From positions 13,580,880 to 13,644,448 of the forward strand of contig NC_068982.1 in assembly GCF_001194135.2 (NCBI RefSeq): a stretch of DNA of 63,569 bases, read 5' to 3'. Shown piece after piece: positions 36,659 to 49,959 of the stretch (the first letter of the stretch is position 1; each line of letters starts with the position of its first letter). This DNA comes from Octopus bimaculoides. Taxonomy: Eukaryota. The position numbers and the translations under genes are program-made. The notes beneath the pieces were generated by a model that did not search any database, was not told the origin of the DNA, and worked only from the letters and a program-made list of their open reading frames with translations.

Positions 36659-37025
36659 TAGAAAATTTTTTTATCAATATCATTTATTTATCCTTCATTT
36701 ACCATAACAGGTAAGCTTAAATATTACTTCCCACTTCAAATTGGCTTCTCTGAGCACATGAACAATAGATAGACTTGTAGACTCTCCAGAAATTACATGA
36801 AATTTAATAATTTGAACTCAGAACGCTTGCAGACAAAGCATAAAGTGCAGTGAACTTCGTCTGCTGATTAACCAATTCTGTCAAAGCAAATTCTCTACTC
36901 TTCACTTAATGTTGTCTCAGTTTAGAAACGAAGGTTCCTAGTTCTGAACCCCAGTGCGGAATGTTAAGTCAAGTGAAATTTAGTGTATGTGTGTGTTTAC
37001 ATACATACATTAATACATACAAATG

Positions 37026-37103
<78 letters not shown>

Positions 37104-37125
37104 GTACTTGTGTGCGTGTATGTGT

Positions 37126-37558
37126 TCTTTTATTCTTTTATTAGTTTCAGTCATTTGACTGTAGCCATGCTGGAGCACCACCTTTAGTGGAGCAAATCAA
37201 CCCCAGGACTTATTCTTTGTAAGCTTAGTATTTATTCTATCAGAGTGTTTTGCTGAACCGCTAAGTTATGGGGATGTAAATACACCAGCATCGGTTGTCA
37301 AGCAATGTTGGCGGGACAAACACAGACACATAACCATACACACACACACACACACACACACACAGATATGACAAGCTTCTTTCAGTTTCCATCTACCAAA
37401 TCCACTCACAAGGCTTTGGTCAGCCCGAGGCTATAGTAGAAGACACTTGCTCTGAANNNNNNNNNNGCTTTGGTCAGCCCGAGGCTATAGTAGAAGACAC
37501 TTGCTCTGAACCCGGAACCATGTGGTTGGTAAGCAAGCCACTCACCACACAGCCACTA
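37126..37558 (-). mobile_element. SINE family A, full length
   Basis: Reverse complement of the consensus. Confidence 0.9.
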
Positions 37559-38220
37559 TATGTATACTAGGCATAAGTTTCATAAACTACAAAATATAAA
37601 TATCCACACTACCACACCTGAAACTTACCTGTTATAACAGTTGATCTTGATTTGAATGTACATGAAGGTATTTAGAATGACCAAAGTTATTTCTGCAAAT
37701 GTGTTAAGCACTGATGCTGATCATAGTTTAATTAATAGGTGCAGGAGCAAAGTAAATGCAGTGAAACTAGTGGGGTCAGTGGGATCCCATTTAAGTGGCC
37801 CTTCAGAAATTGAACTGCCTTACAATACTGCCTGGGAGTTCATGGTATGAAATTCATCGTCATTGATCTGATTTGGTCACCAATGCCATGTATTTAGTTT
37901 GAAATGCAGTAAGAATAGTGAGGTTATTGGGACCCCAATTGGGCGGCCCTTAAAAAAATAGACCCCCTTTTGGACATTACCTGAGATTATTGGAGTTGCT
38001 GGTTTGAGTTTCATTGTCCTTGCACCAACAGTCAAGGAGGAGTTTAAAAAAAGCATAAAAATGTAACAGACAGAGAAACATCACTCAAATTCATAATAGG
38101 ATATATATATATTACAACAAAATTTTATATGGAGTTACCCAAGGTTATGGGTAAGCCTTGTGCACAGCTCATCAGAAGTAGAATAAGATAATTTTATCTA
38201 AATATACATGTATAAGGATA

Positions 38221-38271
<51 letters not shown>

Positions 38272-38275
38272 TTGA

Positions 38276-38535
38276 GCGAGAGAGCAGTGCATGCCATCAA
38301 AGTGTCACTGGGGTACAATATACGAAGCCCAGAATACCCATCATGACTACCCATCTGATAAGGGTACACCAGGAACATGCATCACACCATATGTACGCAA
38401 CACAGTGATCTCGTATCAAGATAAACAGTGCATGACCTTGCAGGAGGGGGCCCAGTTAGAATTTTCTTCAGGTCGAGTATCCCATCCCGCTCAAAAGGTC
38501 CCTGAATAAGGGTTGTTTAAGGATGTTGAATGAAA
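38276..38535 (-). mobile_element. Dispersed retroposon-like repeat family E with (AAT)n tail
   Basis: (TAT)n run 38220-38275 abuts the element; second copy at 4375-4510. Confidence 0.65.
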
Positions 38536-38584
38536 TGGCTGCAGTCAAATGACTGAAACAAGTAAAAGAATGTCTAATATCAGT

Positions 38585-39285
38585 TTTCCATTTTGACACA
38601 AGGCCAGCAATTTCTTGAGAGGTGGTAAGTCAATTACATTGACCCCCCACCCAGTGCTCAACTGGTATTTATTTTATTGACCCGAAAAGGATTCAAGGTC
38701 AAAGTCAACCTGAGTGGAATTTGAACCTAGGACATAAAGATAGGTGAAATGCCACTAAACATTTTGCCTGACATGGTAATAATTCTTTTCTACTCTCGGC
38801 ACAAGGCTAACGTTTCTTATTTTTTTATTGCCCACAAGGAGCTAAACACAGAGAGAGGGGAAAAACAAGGACAGACAAAGGGATTAACTCAATTACATTG
38901 ACCCCAGTGCATAACTGGTACTTAATTTATCAACCCCGAAAGGATGAAAGGCAAAGTCGATCTCGGCGGAATTTGAACTCAGAACATAATGGCAGACGAA
39001 ATATCGCTAAGCATTTCTCCCAGCGTGCTAACGATTCTTCCAGCTCACCGCCTTTGAGTCAGACTAATATCCTTTTCCACTCTAGGTACAAGACCCGAAA
39101 TTTGTGGGGAGGGAGCCAGTCAATTAGATCGACCCCAGTACACAACTGGTATTCAATTTATCAACCATGAAAGGATGAAAGGCAAAGTCAACCTCAGTGG
39201 AATTTGAACTCAGAACATAAAGACAGACAAAATAACGCTAAGTATTTCCTTCAGTATGCTAACATTTCTGCCGGCTCGCTGTTAT
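38585..39285 (-). mobile_element. SINE family B cluster (three units plus a tail remnant)
   Basis: Repeated AAAGTC.A.CT...GGAATTTGAAC units with alternating tails. Confidence 0.85.
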
Positions 39286-40989
39286 ACTAATAATTCTACC
39301 AGCTTGCTGCCCTACCTTCAAATCTAATATTAGTAGAATACTTACCAGATTTTCCTTCCACATTTATATACAAATAGATTATTCATGAGCATCTACATAA
39401 ATAATTGGTATTATGAAAATTTTAATTAATCTTAACATTTTTCATATTGGTTCACATGCATATGTAATGAATATCTTTTTCCTACCATCAGCACCTTTTT
39501 CTAGCCACTCTCCACAACTGCTGTTCTCCATTTCAACTTGTTTCTTCCTTACTACACCATTTACAACAACAACAACAACATTTGCTTCCCTTACAGGCTT
39601 ACTTATTTGATTGTAAAAGACTTTTTCATTAATGCCATGTCACACTCTACCGTTTATTCTTTTGCATATGTATATCCTTTCTCTATTGATTTTTCTTGTA
39701 ATGTAAGGGTATTGGATAGCAAAATTGAAATAGCACCAAATAAAATGCTTTATGATATTAAATTACTTCCATCAGTTCAAATCTTGCCAGGCTTGGCGAT
39801 GCCTTTCATTCTCCTGGGGTTGATAAACAAATACCAGTTGAGAATTTCAATTGATTTTTGTTTTGTGTTCATCTTAGAAATCAATAAAAAATTTTTTTTT
39901 TTTTACAGAAACACAATTCTGTAAAGAAAACTAAATAAGATTGCATGATACCTTTGCATTTTTCACAGACATTTGTAACAAGCAAATGTGATATACACAC
40001 AAACCAAAACAAAATCATGATATAGACTTGCCGAGAAATTGCTGGAAATCTAAAAGCACTTGCAAGTAGTTCATTCAATATTAGAAGGAAATCTCTTTTA
40101 GCTTCAACCCTTTTTTCCCATTGACTGCTTCTTATCTTTACTGCTTGTAAATTCTGACTTAAAACCACTTTCGTAAGTGCAACAGAAAATGGAAAATAGA
40201 CAGATAAAAAAATTTCTCAAGAGCTAAATTTAGGATAAATGCATATATTATTTTTGAAAAAATCGTTATAGAATATCAGCTGTAAGAAGAGTAAGTAATA
40301 TCCCATTTTATTGTTGGGATATACATCGTGTAATAAGAGTAATTTATCCTGGTAGAGAATATTCTTTTTCTAGCTATTAACTGAACAAATCTGAAGGCAT
40401 GAAACTTGTGATTTCAAGAGAAATGGAAAAGGAAACCAAGTATTATTTGCAGTGTTTATAGCATTGCGAATAACATTAACAAGACAAATGAAACAATTTG
40501 CAAAAACAAAACATGGTTACACAATGAAACCCTGGTAGAATGTAATATACACTCACATGGAGGGTGTATAGCAAAATTAGTTGATCTTTTAATAGAGTCC
40601 ACTAGGATGCAAGCATTTGGAGCAGAATTACAGTCTGATGATAACTTGCTTATGTTCTAGCATCAGTTTTGGATGCTCTACAGAATGGTTATAGGTGTTG
40701 CCCTTCGTTTTGATTATATCTTTAAAAAAAGAATTAAATTCTAAAATATCTTGTGATATTTAGTTATGTCCTTTCATGTTCTGAGTTCAAATCCTACCCA
40801 AATTCTCTTTGCTTTTCATCCTTCCAAGGACAACAACTGCAAGAGATCAAGAGAAGAAAGAAGTCAAGAAAGTTAAAAGACCAGTCTACATAAACGTTTG
40901 ACAATATTCTGCTTCATACCGTTTTCTTCTAAGTACCAATTACACTGGATTCAACTTCACTTTTTATTGCTCTAAAGTCAAAATGCAGC

Positions 40990-41190
40990 AAAGGCAGGCA
41001 GAATTACTAAAATGGTGGAAAAAGGTTTCACAATAATTGTCCCAAATCTTTACATTCTGAACTCTGTCCTCACCAAAGTCAATTTTGCCTTTCATCCTTT
41101 CAACTAAAATACCAGTCATATACTGAGTCGATGTTGTTGACTAACTTCCTCCTTTGAAAATTGCTGGCCTTGTACCTAAATCAGAAATCG
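40990..41190 (+). mobile_element. SINE family B, diverged
   Basis: TTTGCCTTTCATCCTTT...ATACCAGT..TACTGAGTCGATG...GGCCTTGTACC. Confidence 0.7.
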
Positions 41191-41224
41191 TTATATTCAA
41201 GTCAATAAAATATATCTCTTCATT

Positions 41225-41430
41225 GTTGCAGTAGAGTCTGTAAAATGGTTGGCTTTAGGAAGGGCAAGTAGCCATGGAAACCATGCCAAAATAGACAACT
41301 GGAGCTTGGTGCAGCTCTCCAGCTTCTCAGCTGCTATCAAATTGTCCAACCCATGCCATAATGGAAAATGGACATTAAACAATGATGATGATGATGATGA
41401 TAATGATGATGTTGATGATGACGATGACAT
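41225..41430 (+). mobile_element. SINE family C, 3' part
   Basis: GGTTGGCTTTAGGAAGGGCA...GTCCAACCCATGCCA and (GAT)n tail. Confidence 0.8.
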
Positions 41431-41519
41431 GCATATCAGTGGCCTATGTCCATGTTAATATTTAGAGACTTATATTGTTGTCACTTATGTTATGTCCCTT
41501 TATGTCCAGTTAAGTAGGA

Positions 41520-41655
41520 ATTTATCAAAATAAGTACCAGGTGAAAGTAAGTTTTGGGGTTGATTTAATCATCTTAAACTCAGAATGTAAAGACAGACGA
41601 AATATCGCTATGCATTTCGCCCAGTGTGCTAACATTTCTGCCAGCTTGCTGCCTT
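41520..41655 (-). mobile_element. SINE family B, deleted
   Basis: AACTCAGAATGTAAAGACAGACGAAATATCGCTATGCATTTCGCCC...CTGCCAGCTTGCTGCC. Confidence 0.75.
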
Positions 41656-42504
41656 GACATGTCATCATCATTATTGTCATCATCATTGTTGTCATCATTT
41701 TATATCTCACTTTTTTTTCCCCTCCATCTTTGCTTGGGTAGGACAACTCTCTCAGCATCACCCCTGCTGCTACTATGATAATTTGTCATGTATGCTGTTG
41801 GTAAGTCTTTTTGTGGGGAGGGGTGGTGTTTTTTACAAGGAGGAAGGGCAGCTTGGCATGGCTTTTAATGACTGAATGCTCCTTCTATCACCAACCACTT
41901 TACTGTATGGCATTTCATTATGCCACATATCACTCATATTATTAGAAAATCTAAAATAAAAATACGAACAAAGAAAAACTCTCACCCTTTCATTCTAAAA
42001 AGTCTTAGACCCCCATTGCCAGTGAAGGACACAAATCCTCATTTCGTTTTCCTCTGTCTGTATCACTTACAATAATCTATTAGACCTGCCTTCCGCCACT
42101 TTTGTTATAAATTCTGTCATGCAATTATAGTAAACTGTCTTATCATACCTGCATTAGTGTGTGATACACTCACTTGGGAATAAATGTCAAGTCAGCTTTA
42201 TTTCTTATTTTCTATTTCGTTTGTGTAATTTAATATTGGTTCAAGCTGAAAAAATGCTTAAACACTAAATGATTTTCCTTATTGATTTCCATCTTTGATG
42301 CAAAGACACAAGCTGTTCAGGTGAAAGTTATAATTGATTAAATCTCCCCAATGAATGACTGTTAGGCAAAGTTATTACTAACAGGAATTCTATCCAGAAC
42401 ATAAGACAGAGATAACTGAATACTAAAAATTACTTTGTCATTCCAGGAATTCATTCTATCACTTTTCACTGATTGGTTAGCATTAGCGTTGTTGCATTTC
42501 CTAA

Positions 42505-42850
42505 GCTCATTCTTCTTCTCCTCCCCCTTCTTCTTCTTCTTCTTCTTCTTCTTCTTCTCCATTTTGTGTCAGGTGGCACACTTCCACCATCTATGCTCCC
42601 CTGTCAGTCAGCTATGGTTCACACCTGGTTCCACATTCCATATCCATTGTCCTGCTTCTCCTTCTCAACAGTTCTTCCCCAGGTGTTCTTGAGTTTTGCT
42701 TATTTCTTCCCCACCCTCCACCCCCAAGAGCCCTTGTAGTAATACAATTGGCACCTGAGCTTCCTCTCAACTTTCACTGAAGCATTTCTTGCTCCTTTTT
42801 CTGTCCAATTTACAAACCACTGCCTCTCTAAGACACTGTGGAATCTTCTG
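42505..42850 (-). mobile_element. Degenerate RTE LINE 3' end with (GAA)n tail
   Basis: Minus: LR...NCITTRAL, KLKNTWGRTVEKE, then DRGAW-like segment (cf. ITRQAL..GRPKNTWRRTVE..DR..WR); (CTT)n at 42510-42560. Confidence 0.7.
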
Positions 42851-42924
42851 AATGTTTGAAGATTCTGGAATTGGTAAGTTATTCAAGAGTTGGGGCTTGC
42901 TTTTCTGTCAGGGTTTCTTTCCCT

Positions 42925-43020
42925 TAGTGGTTCCCAAAGTGGGTGGTTTTGCCCCCACCTGGGGGGCAGTGGAAAGTTCCAAGGGGGGCATTGAAGAAAA
43001 GTGGAGCAATAATACAGTAC
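42925..43020. mobile_element. hAT (Charlie-like) terminus fragment
   Basis: AGTGGTTCCCAAAGTGGG start typical of Charlie-type TIRs; no partner end found. Confidence 0.4.
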
Positions 43021-43049
43021 AAAGAAACAGCCAAAGATTGGTTTAAAAT

Positions 43050-43255
43050 TTTGACACAAGGTCAGCAAATTCGAGAGAAGGGGCACATTTGATTACATTG
43101 GCCCCAGTGCTCAACTGGTACTTATTGTATCAACCCTGAAAGGATAAATGGCAAAGTCGACCTCCACAGAATTTGAACTCAGAACATAGAGACCGGTGAA
43201 ATGCTGCTAAGCATTTGCCTGGTGTGCTAAAACTTTTGCCAGCTCACCGCCTTAA
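43050..43255 (-). mobile_element. SINE family B monomer
   Basis: Reverse complement of the consensus ending GCCAGCTCACCGCC. Confidence 0.85.
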
Positions 43256-43364
43256 AAACAACCAAATATTGGCAGTGTTTATCTCATGACCAACACTATA
43301 TTATTCAGTTGCAAAGTTCAGCTATTTTTGAAATAATTATATTTATTTATTTTGTTTATGTGCC

Positions 43365-43672
43365 CTTTTTTTTTAAAGCCTAGCCAGGCTCATGGGCCCA
43401 GTTTGCCGGTTTCTATGGCATATGTGTTCCCCCCCCCCACTAGCTGTATGGGATGCCAGTCCATCGCAGCATTACTCAAGAAACAGAAAGAAAGAATGAG
43501 AGAAAGTTTGGGCAAAAGAGTACAACAGGGGTCGCCACCACCCCTTGCCGGAGCCTCGTGGGGCTTTAGGTGTTTTCGCTCAATAAACACACACAACGCC
43601 CTGTCTGGGAATCGAAACCGCGATCCTCCAACTGCGAGTCCGCTGCCCTAACCACTGGGCCATTGTGCCTCC
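43365..43672 (-). mobile_element. SINE family D composite (variant head joined to the family D 3' end)
   Basis: 43480-43672 matches the head of 54226-54544; 43365-43480 matches the 3' end of 36186-36431. Confidence 0.8.
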
Positions 43673-45165
43673 ACTTTTGAAATAATACTATGATAAATAG
43701 ACACTGAGTAGATACTACAAGCTGAACCTTTAGCAAAATTACATAATTTGAAACAAAATTACTTTTGAATTCACAGGAATCCTCTCAAAATGAGGCTTTC
43801 CTTGGAGAATGTCCCTTTATATATCCATAGTCCTCAACTTGACTGTTCTGGACCACCCCACTTATTGGTTTTGTCTATAGGCAGTGGCAGCTCTGTGAAG
43901 TTGATGAGTGATTTATTGGGTTGCAATTCCAAATTTGATTCATCCTGTAGAAGATTTTATATCCTGTTCATTTAATGGAAATGAGAGAAAAGCTACAAAT
44001 TCTATCAATTTTTATAACACTGAAACTGTGATTAGCTTTTTTCCTCATTTCATTGAAGTATTCAACAGAAATAAACGAAATGAAATCCATACTTTAGAGA
44101 ATAGCCAGTAGATTGTTTCTAATTTTTATGTCAAATACATGAACTTATTCTTGTGAAGTTAAACAAATCTCTGGTCTTTCAGTATATATAGACTTTGGCT
44201 TTGAAGTTAAGTGGTGTAAAAGAAGCTACTAACCAGCTTATAATGCATTGCCTGATTGATGTTCTAAATTTACAATGAGAATATTTTAAAACCATTTAAG
44301 CAACGATTCTCAATCCATTTCACATTTTCTTCATTATTTGTAAATACAATAAAACAAAAAAGGTACACTGTCATTTAAACATATGTCAATGTATATACCA
44401 AATGACACTCAAGTTGAACTTGCTCGTCTTCTCATCTTTCAGTCGCTACAATGTGTCACTGTTTAACCATAGTTGAAGTACTTTATTGCTTTGAGTAAAT
44501 CCAATTGGTTGTGTCACTTAATAACTATTTGCTCCCAATAGGTTTAAGAATTTAAAGTGTTGACTCAGATCTCTGTCACTTTACATTAGTCAGTAAAAGA
44601 TTCAATTACATTTAGAATGAGATTAAATTAAACCAATAATGCCATTCTAAATATATTCGGCCATGATTCAAATCTCCCAAAATCTTCGGACAATATCCAG
44701 AAACAACACTGTACAAGAAAACAAATTATATTCTTTCTACTTTACAAGGAATTCAGTAGAGTGCTAGAACTAAAGATGGAAAATCTATGTCAGGAGTTTG
44801 AAAATAAGAAACTGCAGGAAATTTTAAATATCTGTTTGTAAAATTTTCTCTCCACGTACAAAGATTATTAAATTTCTTATGCAAATTTTTGTAAGTTTCT
44901 GCCATAATATTTGCGAATAATATACTGAAATAAGTTAGATAACATAGAAGTTCAAATAATGAATGGTACTGGGGCAGCTTTCCATTTCATGTTAACATTG
45001 ATTATAGAAATCATTGAAGTTGAAGTGAAATATGTTATGAATTTGTGTTGCAAGATTCTTGATGTGAAACCATGTATTGAAACAAATGTTGTTATATTTT
45101 GGGATGGTCATATTTTTTTTTTTTTGTCAGATAAACACATGAATTATATATTCATTCTTCCCTGT

Positions 45166-45342
45166 TTATCACAGTTCTTATTTTATCTTATGTCCATTGT
45201 CCAGAAATCTTTCGTCACACACCTGTGACCTCTCCAGTGACCCTTTCTCTCCACGTGTGTCCTCCTGCTCTGCTTAGTCCAGATAGAATGGATTAAGAGA
45301 TTTCCAGACAATAGACATAAGATAAAATAAGAACAGTAATAA
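45166..45342. repeat. Inverted repeat / MITE-like foldback
   Basis: 45171-45210 vs 45298-45337 match 36/40 as reverse complements. Confidence 0.75.
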
Positions 45343-45664
45343 AAAAGTGAGGAATGAATATATAATGTGTCTGTTTATTTGGCAAAATAAAAATAATGAC
45401 CATCCCAGAAATAATATGCTTGTCTCTATAAGGAAATAATATGTTTGTCTAGATACGAAGACTCACATACACATACATGCATACATAGAAATCAACCAAC
45501 TAACTAAAACATTATAATTACAATCTGTAAGTGGAACAATAAAAATATGCAAGTTTAAAATATCACATTGTTTTTGTTATCTACATTCTAACAATGCAGC
45601 TTTGTATTTCTGTTAGAAACCAACTCCTTCCCCAGGGGAAGGATTTAAATAATTAAAATAAAAA

Positions 45665-45948
45665 ACATTCGAGCGAGGTTGTTGCCAGTGCTGCCGGACT
45701 GGCTCCTGTGCAGGTGGCACGTAAAAAACATAATTTTGAGCATGGCTGTTGCCAGTACCGCCTGACTGGCCTTCATGCCGGTGGCACATAAAAGCACCCA
45801 CTACACTATCGGAGTGGTTGGCGTTAGGAAGGGCATCCAGCTGTAGAAACTCTTCCAGATCAGATTGGAGCTTGGTGCAGCAATCTGGTTCACCAGTCCT
45901 CAGTCAAATCGTCCAACCCATGCTAGCATGGAAAGCAGACGTTAAACG
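45665..45948 (+). mobile_element. SINE family C
   Basis: Two internal units and core. Confidence 0.9.
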
Positions 45949-46143
45949 AGGAAAAGCAGAAGACATATTTGATTTGTATATTCTAAATTTAAGTTGCATG
46001 AATGTGTATCGCCAAGATAACAGTGACTGCTGATTGGACAGAAGGAAAGGAAATATTCTCTGCTGTGCCAAACAGTCCTTAACAGCAAAGCTGTCTACAA
46101 AGGAAATGAAGTAATACCACTGGCAACTGTTGATTGTATACAT

Positions 46144-46210
46144 CAGTGTTTCTCAACAGGTGTTCCCCGGAACCCTAGGGTTCCACAAAAGCTTCCTAGT
46201 GGTCCCATGG
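46144..46210. mobile_element. hAT (Charlie-like) terminus fragment
   Basis: CAGTGTTTCTCAAC start; partner end not found. Confidence 0.4.
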
Positions 46211-46257
46211 GAAAGAGTGAGATAAGCTAATGCTAAATTCATGATTGTCATATTACT

Positions 46258-46410
46258 TCCGCCGAGGTCAACTTTGCCTTTCATTCTTTCAGGGTTGATT
46301 AAATAAGTACCAGTTATGCACTGGGATCGATGTAATCAACTTAATCCCTTTGTCTGTCCTTGTTTGTCCCCTCTATGTTTAGCTCCCTGTGGGAAATAAA
46401 GAAATAAAAA
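46258..46410 (+). mobile_element. SINE family B, 5'-truncated
   Basis: TCCGCCGAGGTCAACTTTGCCTTTCATTC...GGGAAATAAAGAAATAA. Confidence 0.85.
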
Positions 46411-46449
46411 TATTGCTATACATGGAAAAGCTACATCAATGATTGTTTC

Positions 46450-47420
46450 CTAATTTGGACCAAATCCCTAGAAAATCTGGAAGAATTCAGCAGCCCCTTA
46501 ACAATCTACACCTTAGTCTCAAATTCACAAGATAAATGAGCAGCACACATTTACCATTTCTTGACATAATGGTAATTAAAAACAACACCACAATCACAAC
46601 TGATATTTATTACAAAAGCACAGACACACACTAATACCTAAACTTCAAATCATGTCACCCAACACACACAAAATGCAACATCCTGTACTATCTAACCAGG
46701 GAAATTTGTACTATAGTCGATGATCCAAATACCAGGAACATACAACTTATAGAACTCAAAGGATTTCTGCTCAAGCATAATTACCCTCTCTTACTTATAG
46801 AAAATAGCATACAATGAGCAAAAGAGATACCTATAGAACAACTTAGGGCAACATGAGAAAGACGAAACCATCAATGGAACACAATACGATTTCTAGTAAC
46901 ACAAAATCTGCATGACCAAAACATCATCAAAATAAATTTGTCAATCATGAAACAAAGGGAGGAATAAAAAAAGCATAATAACTAATCAACATTTATCTTA
47001 AGCAAAAGGCAACCACATAACTAAAGAAACTATTAACAAAGACAACATTCAACATGATCAAACAGGATAACACATTCAAAGAATCTAAGTGTAAGGATAA
47101 CAATGCATTCTGGTAGATCCATGAGAACAAAAAAATGGATAGATTTTCACAAATGCAGATATGAACTGCAGAAGCAGAAATTTGATCTACTGCATTAAAT
47201 GCCTGAATTGCAAGGAACTATATATAGGCAAGACAGGGAATGCATCATCAGAATGCTCACAAGTCCACAGACAACAAATCCAGAACACTAATGTTTGCCA
47301 AATTCCATTGAGCAAGCATATAGAAACATGTGATCAGAAAATGTTTCTAAATCTTTCCTTTCCACAAACTACATGACACAAGTGAGATTAGAATAAAGAT
47401 AAATGAAAGACAGTTTATTA
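46450..47420 (+). pseudogene. Penelope-like element: RT C-terminus and GIY-YIG endonuclease
   Basis: NLHLSLKFTR*MSSTHLPFLDIMV...TDIYYKSTDTH*YLNFKSCHPTHTK; NCRSRNLIYCIKCLNCKELYIGKTG...HRQQI...PLSKHIETC. Confidence 0.9.
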
Positions 47421-48147
47421 AAATGTTCAAACCTGTTCTGAATGGAAATAGCAACAATAATATAACAACCAGTTAATGATGTGGATTTTAAAATATCTTT
47501 AACATATGAATATAAACAAATTACAGAAGACTCCCACCGGCTGAAATAAAAACGATCAAAACCAACCAAGTTTGCTCACTCATAAAACCATTACATGTAA
47601 ACCACACGCTAATTGGTTAAAATAAAGGTGGGATCTATGTCAGTAATATCAGTGTGCCCGGCAAACCATGATGTTTAAACTGCATGCTGATTGGTCAAAA
47701 CCATATTTCAAAAATTCAGCTTGGAGCCTTCTAAGAGGTACAAAAAGAAGTCAGTTATTTTATTACAGTTGTCAAGAACTCAACATTCAGTTAAACATAT
47801 TTTGAATTTTGATGAATACTATGAATGTATGAAAGTGCTAATTGAATTGTATGAACATTACAAAATATGTTTTTAATGTTTAACACATTTCAACACTGTA
47901 AAAATATTTATATTTGTTTTTAAATAGAAAACGTGAAAACCAGATCATGTTTTACCTTTATTCGACTGATATATTATTCTACACACATTTATGCATATTC
48001 GAATATATATACATACACACACACACGCACATGTGTATGTGTGTGTGTGGTGTATGTATATATATATATATATATATGTATAAATATATATATAAATATA
48101 TATACATAATTTATATATATATATATATATATAAATATATATATATA

Positions 48148-48182
<35 letters not shown>

Positions 48183-48682
48183 TATATATATAATTTATAT
48201 ANNNNNNNNNNNNNNNNNNNNNNNNNNNNNNNNNNNNNNNNNNNNNNNNNNNNNNNNNNNNNNNNNNNNNNNNNNNNNNNNNNNNNNNNNNNNNNNNNNN
48301 NNNNNNNNNNNNNNNNNNNNNNNNNNNNNNNNNNNNNNNNNNNNNNNNNNNNNNNNNNNNNNNNNNNNNNNNNNNNNNNNNNNNNNNNNNNNNNNNNNNN
48401 NNNNNNNNNNNNNNNNNNNNNNNNNNNNNNNNNNNNNNNNNNNNNNNNNNNNNNNNNNNNNNNNNNNNNNNNNNNNNNNNNNNNNNNNNNNNNNNNNNNN
48501 NNNNNNNNNNNNNNNNNNNNNNNNNNNNNNNNNNNNNNNNNNNNNNNNNNNNNNNNNNNNNNNNNNNNNNNNNNNNNNNNNNNNNNNNNNNNNNNNNNNN
48601 NNNNNNNNNNNNNNNNNNNNNNNNNNNNNNNNNNNNNNNNNNNNTATATATATATATATATATATATAAATATATATATATA

Positions 48683-48717
<35 letters not shown>

Positions 48718-48879
48718 TATATATATAATTTATATATATAGGCATGTGTGCAAGTATGTTAGTATGTTTGTATGTATGTATGTATATGAATAATGGGCTT
48801 TTACGCAGTTTCTGTTATTATGTCTCCTAAATGCATAAGAAGAATGATTTGGCGGAGGTAAAGCTGCTACTTCTAGCCC

Positions 48880-49150
48880 ATTGAATGACCACATAGAGGC
48901 TTCCACTTTGCAAATTGCATTGGTCATATGTAGTTTATTTACTGCCTTGGAGCTTCTGATATGTTGTTGATTAGAAAATATTACATTTTTGTGTTCTTAT
49001 AGTATATAATTAGTGTCAGTGTTTGGTGGTTGTGTTCTATTAAATATGTGTATTAATATCATGTTCATTTGTTCCATAGCCTGGAGTTATTCGGTTCATA
49101 CATATGTGTAGCTTAGTTATTATATTTTCACTTGTGTAGTCTGTAATCTG
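48880..49150 (-). pseudogene. Penelope-like element fragment (RT-endonuclease linker)
   Basis: Minus translation TLTLIIYYKNTKCNIF, the same motif as at 50380 and 59960. Confidence 0.55.
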
Positions 49151-49281
49151 CTTTATTTATTGCATTGAATTTCTTTCTGTTGATATGATGTATATGTGTG
49201 TGGGTGTGTATGTGTACATATATATACACTTGTAAATATGTAGATAATAAATACATATATTACACACACACTCATACATAC

Positions 49282-49345
<64 letters not shown>

Positions 49346-49611
49346 TGAAAGGTATAATGAATAAACACTCCAGTCAGTCAAAGCAACTTGATATCATTCC
49401 CAAATTATCAAAAATCGAATATAAATATATATTAAAATATTAGGGCACCCAATGATATAAAACCCATATACATGAATAAAAGGTGATAAAACCTAAAAGC
49501 CTCAGTGTCACCCGAGCACTTCCAGCTGCAGTCCTATTTTTATTTTTGTTCTTTGGTTTAACAAAATTGCCTTTCGGTTTAATGAAGTTATAAAATTATC
49601 CTCTTGTATAT

Positions 49612-49830
49612 ATCATCATCATTATCATTTAATGTCCGTTTTCCATGTTGGCATGGGTTGGACGGTTCGACTGGGGTCTGGGAAGCCAGGAGGCTGCACC
49701 AGGCTCCAGTCTGATCTGGCAGTGTTTCTACAGCTGGATGCCCTTCCTAACGCCAACCACTCCGAGAGTGTAGTGGGTGCTTTTTACGTGCCACCGGCAC
49801 GGGGATCACAACTACAATTTCCATTTGATT
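49612..49830 (-). mobile_element. SINE family C
   Basis: (CAT)n tail and core. Confidence 0.9.
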
Positions 49831-49836
49831 ATATAC

Positions 49837-49872
<36 letters not shown>

Positions 49873-49959
49873 ATACGTATATATGATGATATACATATAG
49901 AGTGAGAGAGAGAGAGTGAAAGAAAGAGAGCACATATAAGAGCTTGATTTTAGACGTAA

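Noticed and set aside
37629-37692. Possible 64-nt minus-strand exon (ITLVILNTFMYIQIKINCYN) with a CAG|GTAAG donor
   Set aside because: The acceptor is weak, there is no recognisable homology, and no neighbouring exon can be linked to it.
37738-38027. Possible MITE with GGTGCA ends
   Set aside because: The TIR match needs several gaps and there is no TSD.
42174-42245. Good minus-strand acceptor and donor pair 72 nt apart
   Set aside because: All three frames contain stops.
44748-44840. Plus-strand acceptor followed by EFSRVLELKMENLCQEFENKKLQEILNICL*
   Set aside because: No clear donor and no homology; such frames arise by chance in AT-rich DNA.
47515-47560. Hammerhead relic at the end of the 46450-47420 PLE
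   Set aside because: CAGAAGA...CTGAAA is present but no stems can be drawn.
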